From contig CAVPOC010000002.1 in the NCBI GenBank assembly GCA_963706955.1, positions 160,001 to 224,000 on the forward strand: 64,000 nt of DNA. The letters run 5' to 3'. This DNA is from an uncultured Verrucomicrobiae bacterium. GTDB taxonomy: Bacteria > Verrucomicrobiota > Verrucomicrobiia > Chthoniobacterales > Terrimicrobiaceae. A model generated the notes under the pieces. The model had not been told where the DNA came from and ran no database searches. It worked only from the letters and a program-made list of their open reading frames with translations. Made by a program: the position numbers and the translations under genes. Positions 34,746 to 43,693 of the stretch are shown here, piece by piece (within the stretch, counting starts at the first letter, position 1; the number at the start of each line of letters is the position of its first letter).

Positions 34746-35810
34746 ATGAATGGAAGAATCGTCGGCCTGATCGCTTGCGCTGTGTTTCCAGCGAGCCTTT
34801 TAGCGGAGCCCTTTGAGGAGGCCCGCGTCACCGAAACTGTCAAGATTGTCTCCCTCCTGCAACAATTGCAGAAGCCTCAGCCGGCCGTGATTGGCGACGT
34901 CATTAAGGGGCAAACTGCTCTCAAAACCGGAGGCGAGTCTCGTGCTGAGCTTAAATTTCCAGACCTCACGATGACTCGGGTCGGAGCTAATTCGCTCTTC
35001 CGATTCTATGCGGGGGGACGCGATATGGCCCTGGACGGAGGAACCATGCTCTTTTATTCCCCGAAAGGTACCGGCGGAGGTAAAGTGCAGGCGGGTGCGG
35101 TTACGGCGGCGGTTACTGGATCGGCCATCATGGTGATGAATTTGGGGCCCACAATCAAGGTGGTTTGCCTGGAGCACGCTGCGGTGGTTTCGGGCCCGGG
35201 CTTCACCCGCAAGATCCGCGCGGGCCAGGTCATCGACCAAACTGGGAAAGTGACTAACATCAGCCTGCAGGCCCTCGCCAAGAGTAGCAATCTCTGTAGC
35301 GGGTTCTCCACGGCGCTTCCTTTCTCGATCAAGAATTACCGCTCGCCGGAATTGAACTTAAATCTCGATACCAACGTTGATCAGACCGGCCAGGTTGCGC
35401 GGCGCACAATCGACCGCGATCAGCAGAGTGCACTGGTCAATAATCCGCCGGTTCAGTCTCAATCGGGATCCCCGAGGTCCCTTCCGATCCCGGTTGTCTC
35501 CCGTTCTAACGGCTCCGTCTCTCCGCCTCCTGCTCCGCCAACTGATCAACCTGGTTCGCCACCTGATCAACCTGGTTCGCCACCCGGTGAGCCTGGTTCG
35601 CCACCCGGTGAGCCTGGTTCGCCACCCGATCGGCCTCCAACTGTGGAGCCCGGCCAGCCAGGTGATGGTCAGCCAGATAAGCCTCGGCGAGGGAACCGCG
35701 GTAACATCAAGAACAACGAGAAGCGCGGCAACAGCGGCAATAATCGCAGCAACATTAAGAATGTGGAGAACCGGGGCAATAGCGGGAATGCTCCAGGGCG
35801 AACAAGGTGA
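34746..35810 (+). CDS. Secreted FecR-domain protein with Pro-rich and Asn/Gly-rich low-complexity tail
   Basis: Signal peptide; L.TG..SRAELKF.D.T.TRVGANS.F...L..GT.L; AAVTG; C-terminal repeats. Confidence 0.8.
   Translation: MNGRIVGLIACAVFPASLLAEPFEEARVTETVKIVSLLQQLQKPQPAVIGDVIKGQTALKTGGESRAELKFPDLTMTRVGANSLFRFYAGGRDMALDGGTMLFYSPKGTGGGKVQAGAVTAAVTGSAIMVMNLGPTIKVVCLEHAAVVSGPGFTRKIRAGQVIDQTGKVTNISLQALAKSSNLCSGFSTALPFSIKNYRSPELNLNLDTNVDQTGQVARRTIDRDQQSALVNNPPVQSQSGSPRSLPIPVVSRSNGSVSPPPAPPTDQPGSPPDQPGSPPGEPGSPPGEPGSPPDRPPTVEPGQPGDGQPDKPRRGNRGNIKNNEKRGNSGNNRSNIKNVENRGNSGNAPGRTR
35544..35627 (+). repeat. 21-bp coding tandem repeat x4
   Basis: GATCAACCTGGTTCGCCACC(T/C) x2 then GGTGAGCCTGGTTCGCCACCC x2, encoding DQPGSPP/GEPGSPP. 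Confidence 0.9.
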
Positions 35811-36120
35811 TAGCGCCAGTTGCCCGGCCGAACCGCGCATTGCGCGCATGCCTTGGGCCCTGCTGAGGTATCAGGCACGTAGAACCTGATCCGCGGTTCC
35901 CAGCGAAGAAACGAGCGAAGGCGGACTCGGTGGCGGGCTCCGCGAGGGTGCCGAAACGGGCGTCAGTGGGGCGAGAAATTCGGTGGTGCGAATTGAGCGT
36001 TGAGGCGCACTGAGTTCCCCAACGAACCGGCGTGGGATAGCCCTGCGCCGGACGGCAAAGTCGTCGCTTCGCGCCTTTCAGCGCTATGAAGCATCTCAAC
36101 CGTTTAGAAGCCGCCGTGTT

Positions 36121-36999
36121 TTAGTCCACTGCGGTTTTCTCTTTCGACTTCAGGGCGGCGACCTGGCCTTCAACGGCCCGACGATTGATGACAAAGGTGT
36201 TGTTGTCGCCGTAGGAGGCCCACGGTCCAGTCGGAACTTCATCGAAGTCGACAAATTTCCAATCCGTCACATCGGTGTCGTCCATACCGAGATAATCACG
36301 GACCGCGGGCGAGACATCGAGTCCGGCGCCTTTGTTCAGGTTCGGGAGAGGACGCTCGGGCCCAAACACATATTGCCAATTGTCGGTCCGGAAGGGTCCC
36401 GCATCTTCCCATTGCGCGTAGCAGACGCGATCGCCTTTGCGAATGGCAATCCACCGTCCTTTGCAAACCGACTTGTGAGGTCCCTTGTACTCCTTCTTGA
36501 ACCAGGGAATGACCTGTTTCGCCTCGGGTTTGTGGCCGTTCGAGGTCTTGTCATTGTACGGGAGGGCAACGTAAAAGGGATTTTGACTCGGGACGAAACT
36601 GTCCGGGATGAACTCACCCGTGCGCCTGGAGCGATCGGGAGTGTCGGTGCCGCCATAGTTCTGGGCCCATTTCGCATCCCAGCTGCTTTTGTGGTTGGGC
36701 ACGGGATTGTTCTGCGTTGGCTTTTCGCCGATCCAGAATGTTGTTGTTACGATCTCCTTTTTCCACGGGTAACGATCCAGAACATCCGAAGGCACATCCT
36801 GCAGCTCCTCTGTCGGAGGCGGTGTGCCATCCTGAGCGCTTTCCTCAGTCGCCTTCTGTGCCTGACTAGGGCGCATCTTTTTGCTCGTCTTGGTGAGATC
36901 CTTGATGTCGGACTTCGCCATGAGGGCGTGAGCCGTAAAAATGGAGGTGATGGATGACGCCCAAATACCGAAGAACTGGAGGAGCGAGCCGCGTTTCAT
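36121..36999 (-). CDS. Conserved hypothetical protein, possible RlpA/barwin-like double-psi beta-barrel
   Basis: TTTFW, YVALP, WEDAGP, GLDVSPAV resemble RlpA-like NDRGP/DLS motifs; start uncertain. Confidence 0.55.
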   Translation of the reverse strand: MKRGSLLQFFGIWASSITSIFTAHALMAKSDIKDLTKTSKKMRPSQAQKATEESAQDGTPPPTEELQDVPSDVLDRYPWKKEIVTTTFWIGEKPTQNNPVPNHKSSWDAKWAQNYGGTDTPDRSRRTGEFIPDSFVPSQNPFYVALPYNDKTSNGHKPEAKQVIPWFKKEYKGPHKSVCKGRWIAIRKGDRVCYAQWEDAGPFRTDNWQYVFGPERPLPNLNKGAGLDVSPAVRDYLGMDDTDVTDWKFVDFDEVPTGPWASYGDNNTFVINRRAVEGQVAALKSKEKTAVD

Positions 37000-37127
37000 G
37001 GACTGCCTTTCCCCAGCGTGTGGTTTGAGGCCGCGCGCGAAGGCGTGTGCCGTCACGCTGGTGACTAGATTTTCGGCCCGCAGCGGCGGGTCTGGCAAGT
37101 ATTTTTTGCGTGGGCGGACGGGGCGGA

Positions 37128-37155
37128 TTGCAACCGCACGCCAGAGATCTATGCT
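37128..37155 (+). promoter_or_regulatory. Candidate sigma70 promoter directly before a leaderless start
   Basis: TTGCAA-16 nt-TATGCT, ending 6 nt before GTG 37162; no SD. Confidence 0.4.
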
Positions 37156-37161
37156 TGCGCC

Positions 37162-38118
37162 GTGAAGGCGATTCGCGTGGGACGATTCGGAGGGCCAGAG
37201 GTATTGGAACTGGTCGAGGTGCCAGACCTACAGATTTCCGCCGGACAAATCCTGGTTCAAATTAGGGCTATCGGGGTAAACCCTGTGGAAACTTATATTC
37301 GTGCGGGAACCTACGCTCGAAAACCGCCTCTTCCTTACACACCGGGAAGTGACGGTGCCGGGATAATCGTGGCTGCGGATGGTAGTAATCTCAAGGCCGG
37401 GGATCGTGTATTTCTTTCAGGGTCCATCTCGGGAACTTACGCGGAAGCTGCTGTTTGCACGCCCGATCAAGTTCACCCACTTCCCGAGGTCACGACCTTT
37501 GCTCAGGGCGCGGCCATGGGAATTCCCTATGCGACCGCATACCGAGGAATCTTTCATCGCGGAGACATGCGCAGCGGTGAAACGCTCCTCGTGCATGGCG
37601 CGAGTGGAGGCGTCGGAACCGCCGCGGTGCAACTGGCGCACGGCGCGGGCATCAAGGTCTTCGGCACGGCCGGTTCACCCGAGGGCCGCGAACTCGTTCG
37701 AAAGCTAGGCGCAGACCTGGCCTTCGATCATCATGACGCTGACTATCGCCAGGCTATCATGGAGGCCACGGAAGCTCGCGGAGTTGATTGTATTCTTGAG
37801 ATGCTCGCCAACGTGAACCTTGGCGCTGATCTTCAACTGCTGGCTCCGCGCGGGCGCGTCGTTGTTATTGGCAGCCGCGGCAGTGTGGAAATAAACCCTC
37901 GCGATGCGATGATGCGCGATGCGGATATTCGCGGAATGATTCTCGCCAACGCCCCGCGAGAGGAGCTGGGCGCAATCTACAACTCGTTGGGAAAGCAGCT
38001 CGCGGAAGGCCGCATCCAGCCAGTCATCGGAAAAGAGCTGCCGCTCTCCTCCGCCCCCGAGGCGCACCGCACGGTGATGTCGCCCAATGCCCGCGGCAAG
38101 ATCGTGCTCATCCCGTAG
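37162..38118 (+). CDS. NADPH:quinone reductase (zeta-crystallin/MDR family)
   Basis: GGPEVL, GVNPVE, PYTPGSDGAG, LVHGASGGVG, GKIVL. Confidence 0.92.
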   Translation: MKAIRVGRFGGPEVLELVEVPDLQISAGQILVQIRAIGVNPVETYIRAGTYARKPPLPYTPGSDGAGIIVAADGSNLKAGDRVFLSGSISGTYAEAAVCTPDQVHPLPEVTTFAQGAAMGIPYATAYRGIFHRGDMRSGETLLVHGASGGVGTAAVQLAHGAGIKVFGTAGSPEGRELVRKLGADLAFDHHDADYRQAIMEATEARGVDCILEMLANVNLGADLQLLAPRGRVVVIGSRGSVEINPRDAMMRDADIRGMILANAPREELGAIYNSLGKQLAEGRIQPVIGKELPLSSAPEAHRTVMSPNARGKIVLIP

Positions 38119-38186
38119 TGGTTACTTCTGAGCAACTCCTCTCGCGCGAAGCCGATTCTCTCGGACTCGCTCGATAGGACCTTTTC

Positions 38187-40010
38187 CTATTCAGTTACTC
38201 GACGTAGGTGCAGGCACCATTCGATCACGAGGAGCACGAGGGCCGCGAGAGCGAGCCAGCGCCACGGCTGCAAAGCACCCCAACTACCAGTGAAAGACAG
38301 GGCCTTGTTCTCGCTTTCAGCGGCTCGCACATCGGACTCCGCCGCGTCCGAGGTATTCACCGCTAACCAACGTGTTCCCTCCGAACCACGAACTTCGTAG
38401 AACCCATTTTTTCTCACCGTCAACGGCGTTGGCGAGTACGCGGCCGGTTCAGTTTCGCGGGCAGCCTGCAGTTGGGGAAGCGGATCTTTGCGGATCTCTT
38501 CACCCGCTCTTGGGAAGAAGGTCCCGCCGGCCTTCACGAGCGTCTCGCTGCGCGAGTGGCGTTCAGCAAGCCAGTGAATGACGTTGCTTACGAACAGAGG
38601 AAAGCCAACGCGCAACGGAAAGTTGGAATCTGCCACCGCGAAAGCGACCGCGACCATGCGTGCTCCCTGCGGATCTTCAAGGGCCATGACCATCGGCTCG
38701 CCAGCGCTTCGCATCGGAATGCTGGCGCGCCAACGACTGTCCGCCGGAATCGTCAATTTCTCTGCCTTGGTCAGACGGATGTCGCGAAATTCCACATTCC
38801 AAAGCAGTGGGCTAGTGGATTCAGAGGCCTCGAGAAAGTCGGGCGAGATTTGCTCTCCGGCGAGATTGAACGGCGTGCGCCCAAAGAAGAGGGACGGCTC
38901 GGAACCAAGCTTCTCGGAGGCTAAGTCTGCCGGTAGCCAATTGTCGAAAACGACAACATCGAAGCCAGCACCGAGAGTAGAGCGCCAGGACTCCGGCCGC
39001 AGGATCTCCATCGCAATCGAGGGGTCAGCCTTTATTGCATTTTCAAGAAACGGATCGTCTTCGCCCACCAGGAGCACACGCAGTTGCTGGCCGGTCGGCA
39101 GCACGGCACGAGCCGAATTGTCGAAATTCAACGCGTCCTTTGAAGTAAGCCTTGCAACGAGAAAGCCGGTTCCGGAAGCCAACATTTCCTTGGGAATGAT
39201 CGCCGAGAAATCGCGTTGTTCGCCCGGACCCAATGGGAACCGCTGCAAATCGAAGGGTTTCCCATCCAGCGAAAGCTCCAGTTCAGCGGTATTCGCATCG
39301 CGAGAGAAGTTTCCCAGCCGAACCATGAGTTCGGCAGACTGCGGACTTGCCGGCAGCGGCCGTTGCGCGAGAGCCAGGAGCGCCAGGTTGTCTGTCGATT
39401 TCCCGACGGTAATCTGCTCGGCATTTTCCGGGGCGGCTGCTTTTCGGTCGCCAATGACGATGAGCCTCTTTTCACCCGGTTTAGCGTCGAGAAGTCTGCC
39501 GGCCAGCACCATGGCTTCATCGAGGTTCCCACCTGCGTCCGAGGGCTCCAGCGACGACAACTTTCGGCGCAGCTCCTTCCCGTCACTCGAGAATGAGGAG
39601 ACGATTCGCGGAGCTCCCTCCACCGCCAGGATAGCCACTTCGTCATGAGGACCAAGCCTGGAGACCACGTCTTGTGCCGCCCGCAGAGCCTCATCAAAGA
39701 TACCCGGCGCTTGCATGCGGGCTCGCATATCCAGGACGAGCACGGTCGAGCGATGACCGCGTGAGGAAACCTCCTGCGGCCGGGCGAGCGCGAGAAGCAA
39801 CAGGAGCATGATCACCAACTGGAGGATCAAGGAGAGCGGATTGCGCAGCCGGCCGAGAAACTTGCGATGCGGCTCGCGCTCCAGGACTCTCTGCCAGAAG
39901 AGCAGGCTGGAGAACTCCAGCGGCCTTCGCGATGGGCGGCGCAAATACAGCACCACGATGGGAACGGCCAGCGATCCGAGGAAGAAGGCTGCGGGAAAGA
40001 GAAAATTCAT
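38187..40010 (-). CDS. BatA/VWA domain membrane protein
   Basis: BatA N-terminus (MNFL.P..F...LAVPIVVLYL...LALARP), degenerate VWA, C-terminal TM. Confidence 0.85.
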   Translation of the reverse strand: MNFLFPAAFFLGSLAVPIVVLYLRRPSRRPLEFSSLLFWQRVLEREPHRKFLGRLRNPLSLILQLVIMLLLLLALARPQEVSSRGHRSTVLVLDMRARMQAPGIFDEALRAAQDVVSRLGPHDEVAILAVEGAPRIVSSFSSDGKELRRKLSSLEPSDAGGNLDEAMVLAGRLLDAKPGEKRLIVIGDRKAAAPENAEQITVGKSTDNLALLALAQRPLPASPQSAELMVRLGNFSRDANTAELELSLDGKPFDLQRFPLGPGEQRDFSAIIPKEMLASGTGFLVARLTSKDALNFDNSARAVLPTGQQLRVLLVGEDDPFLENAIKADPSIAMEILRPESWRSTLGAGFDVVVFDNWLPADLASEKLGSEPSLFFGRTPFNLAGEQISPDFLEASESTSPLLWNVEFRDIRLTKAEKLTIPADSRWRASIPMRSAGEPMVMALEDPQGARMVAVAFAVADSNFPLRVGFPLFVSNVIHWLAERHSRSETLVKAGGTFFPRAGEEIRKDPLPQLQAARETEPAAYSPTPLTVRKNGFYEVRGSEGTRWLAVNTSDAAESDVRAAESENKALSFTGSWGALQPWRWLALAALVLLVIEWCLHLRRVTE

Positions 40011-40909
40011 CGCACCAGCCCGTCGCGACGGAAATCTCGGAGAATAATCTCATCAAAAGCGGCGTCGGCGCTGACGAAGGAATAGCCGGCATTGTGCCGC
40101 GCGCACCAGGACTTGAGTCCGCCGCGAAAGCGATCGACTTCCGCGCGATAGAGCCGCCGCAGAGTCGCATTCGCCGTCACGGCCAGTTCCTGCGCGCTCT
40201 CGCAGTCGCGGAGGAGCAAGTCTCCGCTTTGGCTGGGATCGCATTCGGCCGGATCCATCAGATGAACAAGATGCACCGCAAAATGCCGACCGACCAGCGC
40301 ACTCAAGCCACGCTCGTATCCCGAAGGATCGAGGCAGTCGCTCAAGACGATCGCCAGGCCGCGTCGGCGTCGGCCACGTCCAAAGCGTTCCAAGCTCGAG
40401 GAGAGATCGGTGGCGTGCCCGGATGGGTCTGCCCGTAAGAAGCGCAGAACATCATGGAACGCCGGTATCCCCCGGTAACGTCCACTCTCTGCGCGCAATG
40501 TGGAATCGAAAAACCAGAGCGCCACGTGGTCGAGGCCATGCAACGCAAAATAGGCCAACGCCGCCGCCAGCTGCCGGGCCAGCACGAACTTGGGGGTATG
40601 CGAAGCGTCGCTGCCGCGCCAGTGCATAGAGGCGCTGCAATCGATCAGAACGCCGACGTCGAGCTCCTCTTCTTCCTCGTAGAGCTTCATCATCAGGCGC
40701 TCGATTCTCCCATAGATGTTCCAATCGATTCGTCGTGGATCGTCACCCGGCACATAGTTTCGAAAGTCGGCAAACTCCAGGCTCGAGCCCATGCGGCGCG
40801 AGCGCCGTTCAGCGCGCAACGTTCCCGCAAAGCGCTTGCTCATTTGCAAGCGCACGTGCTCGAGGCGCACGCGGAAATCGTCGTCGAATATGTTGGCCTC
40901 GTCGGACAT
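40007..40909 (-). CDS. DUF58 family protein
   Basis: GSSLEFADFRNYVPGDDPRRIDWN, IDCSASM, IVLSD. Confidence 0.92.
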   Translation of the reverse strand: MSDEANIFDDDFRVRLEHVRLQMSKRFAGTLRAERRSRRMGSSLEFADFRNYVPGDDPRRIDWNIYGRIERLMMKLYEEEEELDVGVLIDCSASMHWRGSDASHTPKFVLARQLAAALAYFALHGLDHVALWFFDSTLRAESGRYRGIPAFHDVLRFLRADPSGHATDLSSSLERFGRGRRRRGLAIVLSDCLDPSGYERGLSALVGRHFAVHLVHLMDPAECDPSQSGDLLLRDCESAQELAVTANATLRRLYRAEVDRFRGGLKSWCARHNAGYSFVSADAAFDEIILRDFRRDGLVR

Positions 40910-41034
40910 GCCCACAACTACGCCGGGTTGCGCCCCTTTTCCACGCGCATCAGAGAAAATCACCGGAAGCAGCGCCGCGAAATTCTTGGTGATTTCTCTT
41001 GGAGGCTTCGCTTGCCTCGAATTTCTTTGCTGCT

Positions 41035-41805
41035 ATGCGCCCTCCCTTGTCAGTTTTCATCATCTTCGCAGCGATTTGCTTTTCGCGAGCGGAATCATCT
41101 CCCCTGCAGTGGACCGAACTCGGCAGATTGGAGGGAGAGGTTGTTGCCTGGGAGGGAGAAGGCTCGTCGGATGGTCGGACGATTCGCCTTACCGGCGTTT
41201 CGTTTCCTTCTTCCAAGAGTATTTTTCGTGTTGTCGACAACCCGCCTGGAAATCGCCAGTCGCTGTCGTCCGCGCTTGCCACCGTCGGTGCCGTCGCCGG
41301 ATCGAATGGCGGGTACTTTCATAAGGATTTCACTCCGCTGGGACTGGTCGTCTCGCAGGGCGAAATTATCCATCGATTCGAAAAGGCCAGGCTCCTTAGC
41401 GGTGTTCTTTCCGTCCGCCACGGCCGAATGGAGCTTGTCCGTTCCGGTAAATTCAAGGTGGGAAGCGACGCGCAGGAAGCCATGCAGGCAGGTCCCTGGC
41501 TGGTGGAAAAGGGCGTTCCCGTCGCCGGGCTTGATGACACGCGCAATGCCCGCCGCACGATTGTCGCGAACGACGGAAAAGGCCAATGGGCTCTCATCGC
41601 CACCTCCTCCATTACCCTGGCCGATGCCTCTCGACTCCTTTGCGAAAAAGGAATCACCGGACCACTCAAGATTGCGAATGCGTTGAATCTCGACGGCGGT
41701 TCGTCAACGGCTCTTCAGGCCGGTTTGCCGCCCGAGATTCTTATCGATATTGCCGCTTTCGGCTCAGTCCGGAACTATCTCACCGTTGCGCCGCGGCGTC
41801 CTTAG
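41035..41805 (+). CDS. Phosphodiester glycosidase (NAGPA-like) family protein
   Basis: NGGYF, QAGPWLV, RT, ALNLDGGSST. Confidence 0.85.
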   Translation: MRPPLSVFIIFAAICFSRAESSPLQWTELGRLEGEVVAWEGEGSSDGRTIRLTGVSFPSSKSIFRVVDNPPGNRQSLSSALATVGAVAGSNGGYFHKDFTPLGLVVSQGEIIHRFEKARLLSGVLSVRHGRMELVRSGKFKVGSDAQEAMQAGPWLVEKGVPVAGLDDTRNARRTIVANDGKGQWALIATSSITLADASRLLCEKGITGPLKIANALNLDGGSSTALQAGLPPEILIDIAAFGSVRNYLTVAPRRP

Positions 41806-41862
41806 TTGCCGCGGTGGATTATTCTTCCTCGCGGGCTCCGGGAATATCATTATTTTTTTAGC

Positions 41863-42216
41863 ATGCAAATCCACCTTAGCCCCAGACATCTGACTCTGAC
41901 CGCAGCCATCTACGCATATGTGGCCGAGAAGATCACTCACCTGGAGCAACTCACGGATAGCATTCTCGCCGCCCATGTCGTCCTCCTTCATGACGAGACG
42001 AGGACGAGGAAGCATATCGTTAAGGTGCACCTTGCTGTTCCCGGCCCCGACATTTACGCGGAGGATGCCGAGGATGACCTCTACGCCGCTATCGACAAGG
42101 TCACCGGCAAGCTTTCGCAACAGCTCCGAAAACGCAAGACGCGCATCGCCGATCGCAAGAAACATCGCTCGCGTCTCGCGAGTGAAGAGAAGAAAAGGGG
42201 CTACAAGCGCCGCTGA
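41863..42216 (+). CDS. hpf: Ribosome hibernation promoting factor (HPF/RaiA)
   Basis: MQIHLSPRHLTLTAAIYAYVAEKI...DLYAAID....L..QLRK.K. Confidence 0.92.
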   Translation: MQIHLSPRHLTLTAAIYAYVAEKITHLEQLTDSILAAHVVLLHDETRTRKHIVKVHLAVPGPDIYAEDAEDDLYAAIDKVTGKLSQQLRKRKTRIADRKKHRSRLASEEKKRGYKRR

Positions 42217-42230
42217 GGGCGAGGCTTCCG

Positions 42231-42989
42231 GTGGACTACAAGGTCAAGCTTGAGGTCTTTGAAGGACCTCTCGATCTCCTGCTTTATCTTATCAAGCGGG
42301 ACGAGGTTGATATTTACGAGATCTCCATTGAACGGATCGCCAAGCAGTATCTCGAGTACATGGAAGCCTTCCAGGTCCTGAATATCGATCTGGCGGGAGA
42401 GTTCATCGTGATGGCCGCGAATCTGCTCTACATCAAGAGTCGCACGCTGCTGCCCAAGGAACAACAAATGCCCGAGGAAGATGCCGAGGAGGACGATCCT
42501 CGATGGGAGTTGATCCGGCAACTTATCGAATATAAGAAATTCAAGGAGGCCGCCTTCGAGCTCCGCTCACGCGAAGCCATCCAAGAAAAGCTCTTCCCCC
42601 GATTTCCCTCCAATCCGGAGCTCGCACCGGCGGGCGACCTTCTCGTCAGCGAAGTCGGGATTTTTGATCTGATCAATGCGTTTCAAAAGGCGCTCAGGCG
42701 GCTGGAGAGCCGCAAGAGAGAGGAAGATCTTCGCGAGATTTTCGAGGAGAATTTCACCGTATCCGACAAGATCGACTTTTTGCTTCAGGTCATCTATCAT
42801 GGCGTTCCCGTGCGTTTTGAGGAATGCTTCGTCGATGCCGCGAGTCGCGCCGAGATTGTGGTCACGTTTCTCGCCATGCTCGAGCTGATCCGTCTCAAAC
42901 AGCTTCGTGTTCGCCAGGACAACCATTTTGAAGAAATTTGGCTCGAGCGCACCTTTCCCGCGACCGCGAACGCCGAGAGGTCAGTATGA
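42231..42989 (+). CDS. scpA: Segregation and condensation protein A
   Basis: FEGPLDLLLYLI, IKSRTLLP, VTFLAMLEL. Confidence 0.95.
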   Translation: MDYKVKLEVFEGPLDLLLYLIKRDEVDIYEISIERIAKQYLEYMEAFQVLNIDLAGEFIVMAANLLYIKSRTLLPKEQQMPEEDAEEDDPRWELIRQLIEYKKFKEAAFELRSREAIQEKLFPRFPSNPELAPAGDLLVSEVGIFDLINAFQKALRRLESRKREEDLREIFEENFTVSDKIDFLLQVIYHGVPVRFEECFVDAASRAEIVVTFLAMLELIRLKQLRVRQDNHFEEIWLERTFPATANAERSV

Positions 42990-43693
42990 GCGAAGAAGTC
43001 GTTGACTGGTCTCTCAAGCGCATCGTCGAATCCATCTTGTTTGCCTCACAACGGCCGGTCACAACCAAGGATCTTCAGGGCATTGTCAAGAGTGCTGCCG
43101 AATTGGAAAAGGCAGATCCCAACGTGGCCAGGTTCTCCGCGATCCAGGAATCGGCCCTCCGCGGCGCCCTCGATGAGCTGGGAGCTGAGTGCGCCCACCC
43201 TTCGCGCGCTTATGAACTGCGCGAGACCGCTGCCGGCTGGCAACTGGTTACCAAACCGCAGTTTTCACCGTGGCTCCGACAGCTTTTCCCGGAATTCCGT
43301 TCCGCCCGGCTGAGCGCCCCCGCGATGGAGACTTTGGCGATCATCGCATACCGGCAGCCGATCACCCGCGCTGATATCGAAGCCATCCGCGGCGTCGCTG
43401 TGGATGGCGTCCTCCAGACGCTCCTCGATCGCGGCTTGGTAAAGATTTCCGGCCGAGCAGAAGTTCCGGGGCGGCCGCTGCTCTACGATACCACGCAGAA
43501 TTTCATGGACCATTTCGGTCTGAGAAATCTCGACGAACTTCCCAATGTAATGGAACTGCGTAAGGTTCGCCTGCCGATGGCGGCAAGCACCGCAACGGCT
43601 GCCTCGTCCGAGACCCCGAGCGCACCGAAGGCAGTCGAGACGAGCCCGGAAATCACTTTGCAGAACGCTCCACCGGAAGATAAGTCGTCATGA
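42986..43693 (+). CDS. scpB: Segregation and condensation protein B
   Basis: ESILFAS, LS..AMETLAIIAYRQPITRADIEAIRGV, GRPLLY.TT..F. Confidence 0.95.
   Translation: MSEEVVDWSLKRIVESILFASQRPVTTKDLQGIVKSAAELEKADPNVARFSAIQESALRGALDELGAECAHPSRAYELRETAAGWQLVTKPQFSPWLRQLFPEFRSARLSAPAMETLAIIAYRQPITRADIEAIRGVAVDGVLQTLLDRGLVKISGRAEVPGRPLLYDTTQNFMDHFGLRNLDELPNVMELRKVRLPMAASTATAASSETPSAPKAVETSPEITLQNAPPEDKSS

Noticed and set aside
35544..35627. Possible CRISPR array
   Set aside because: Head-to-tail 21-bp coding repeats with no unique spacers and no cas genes.
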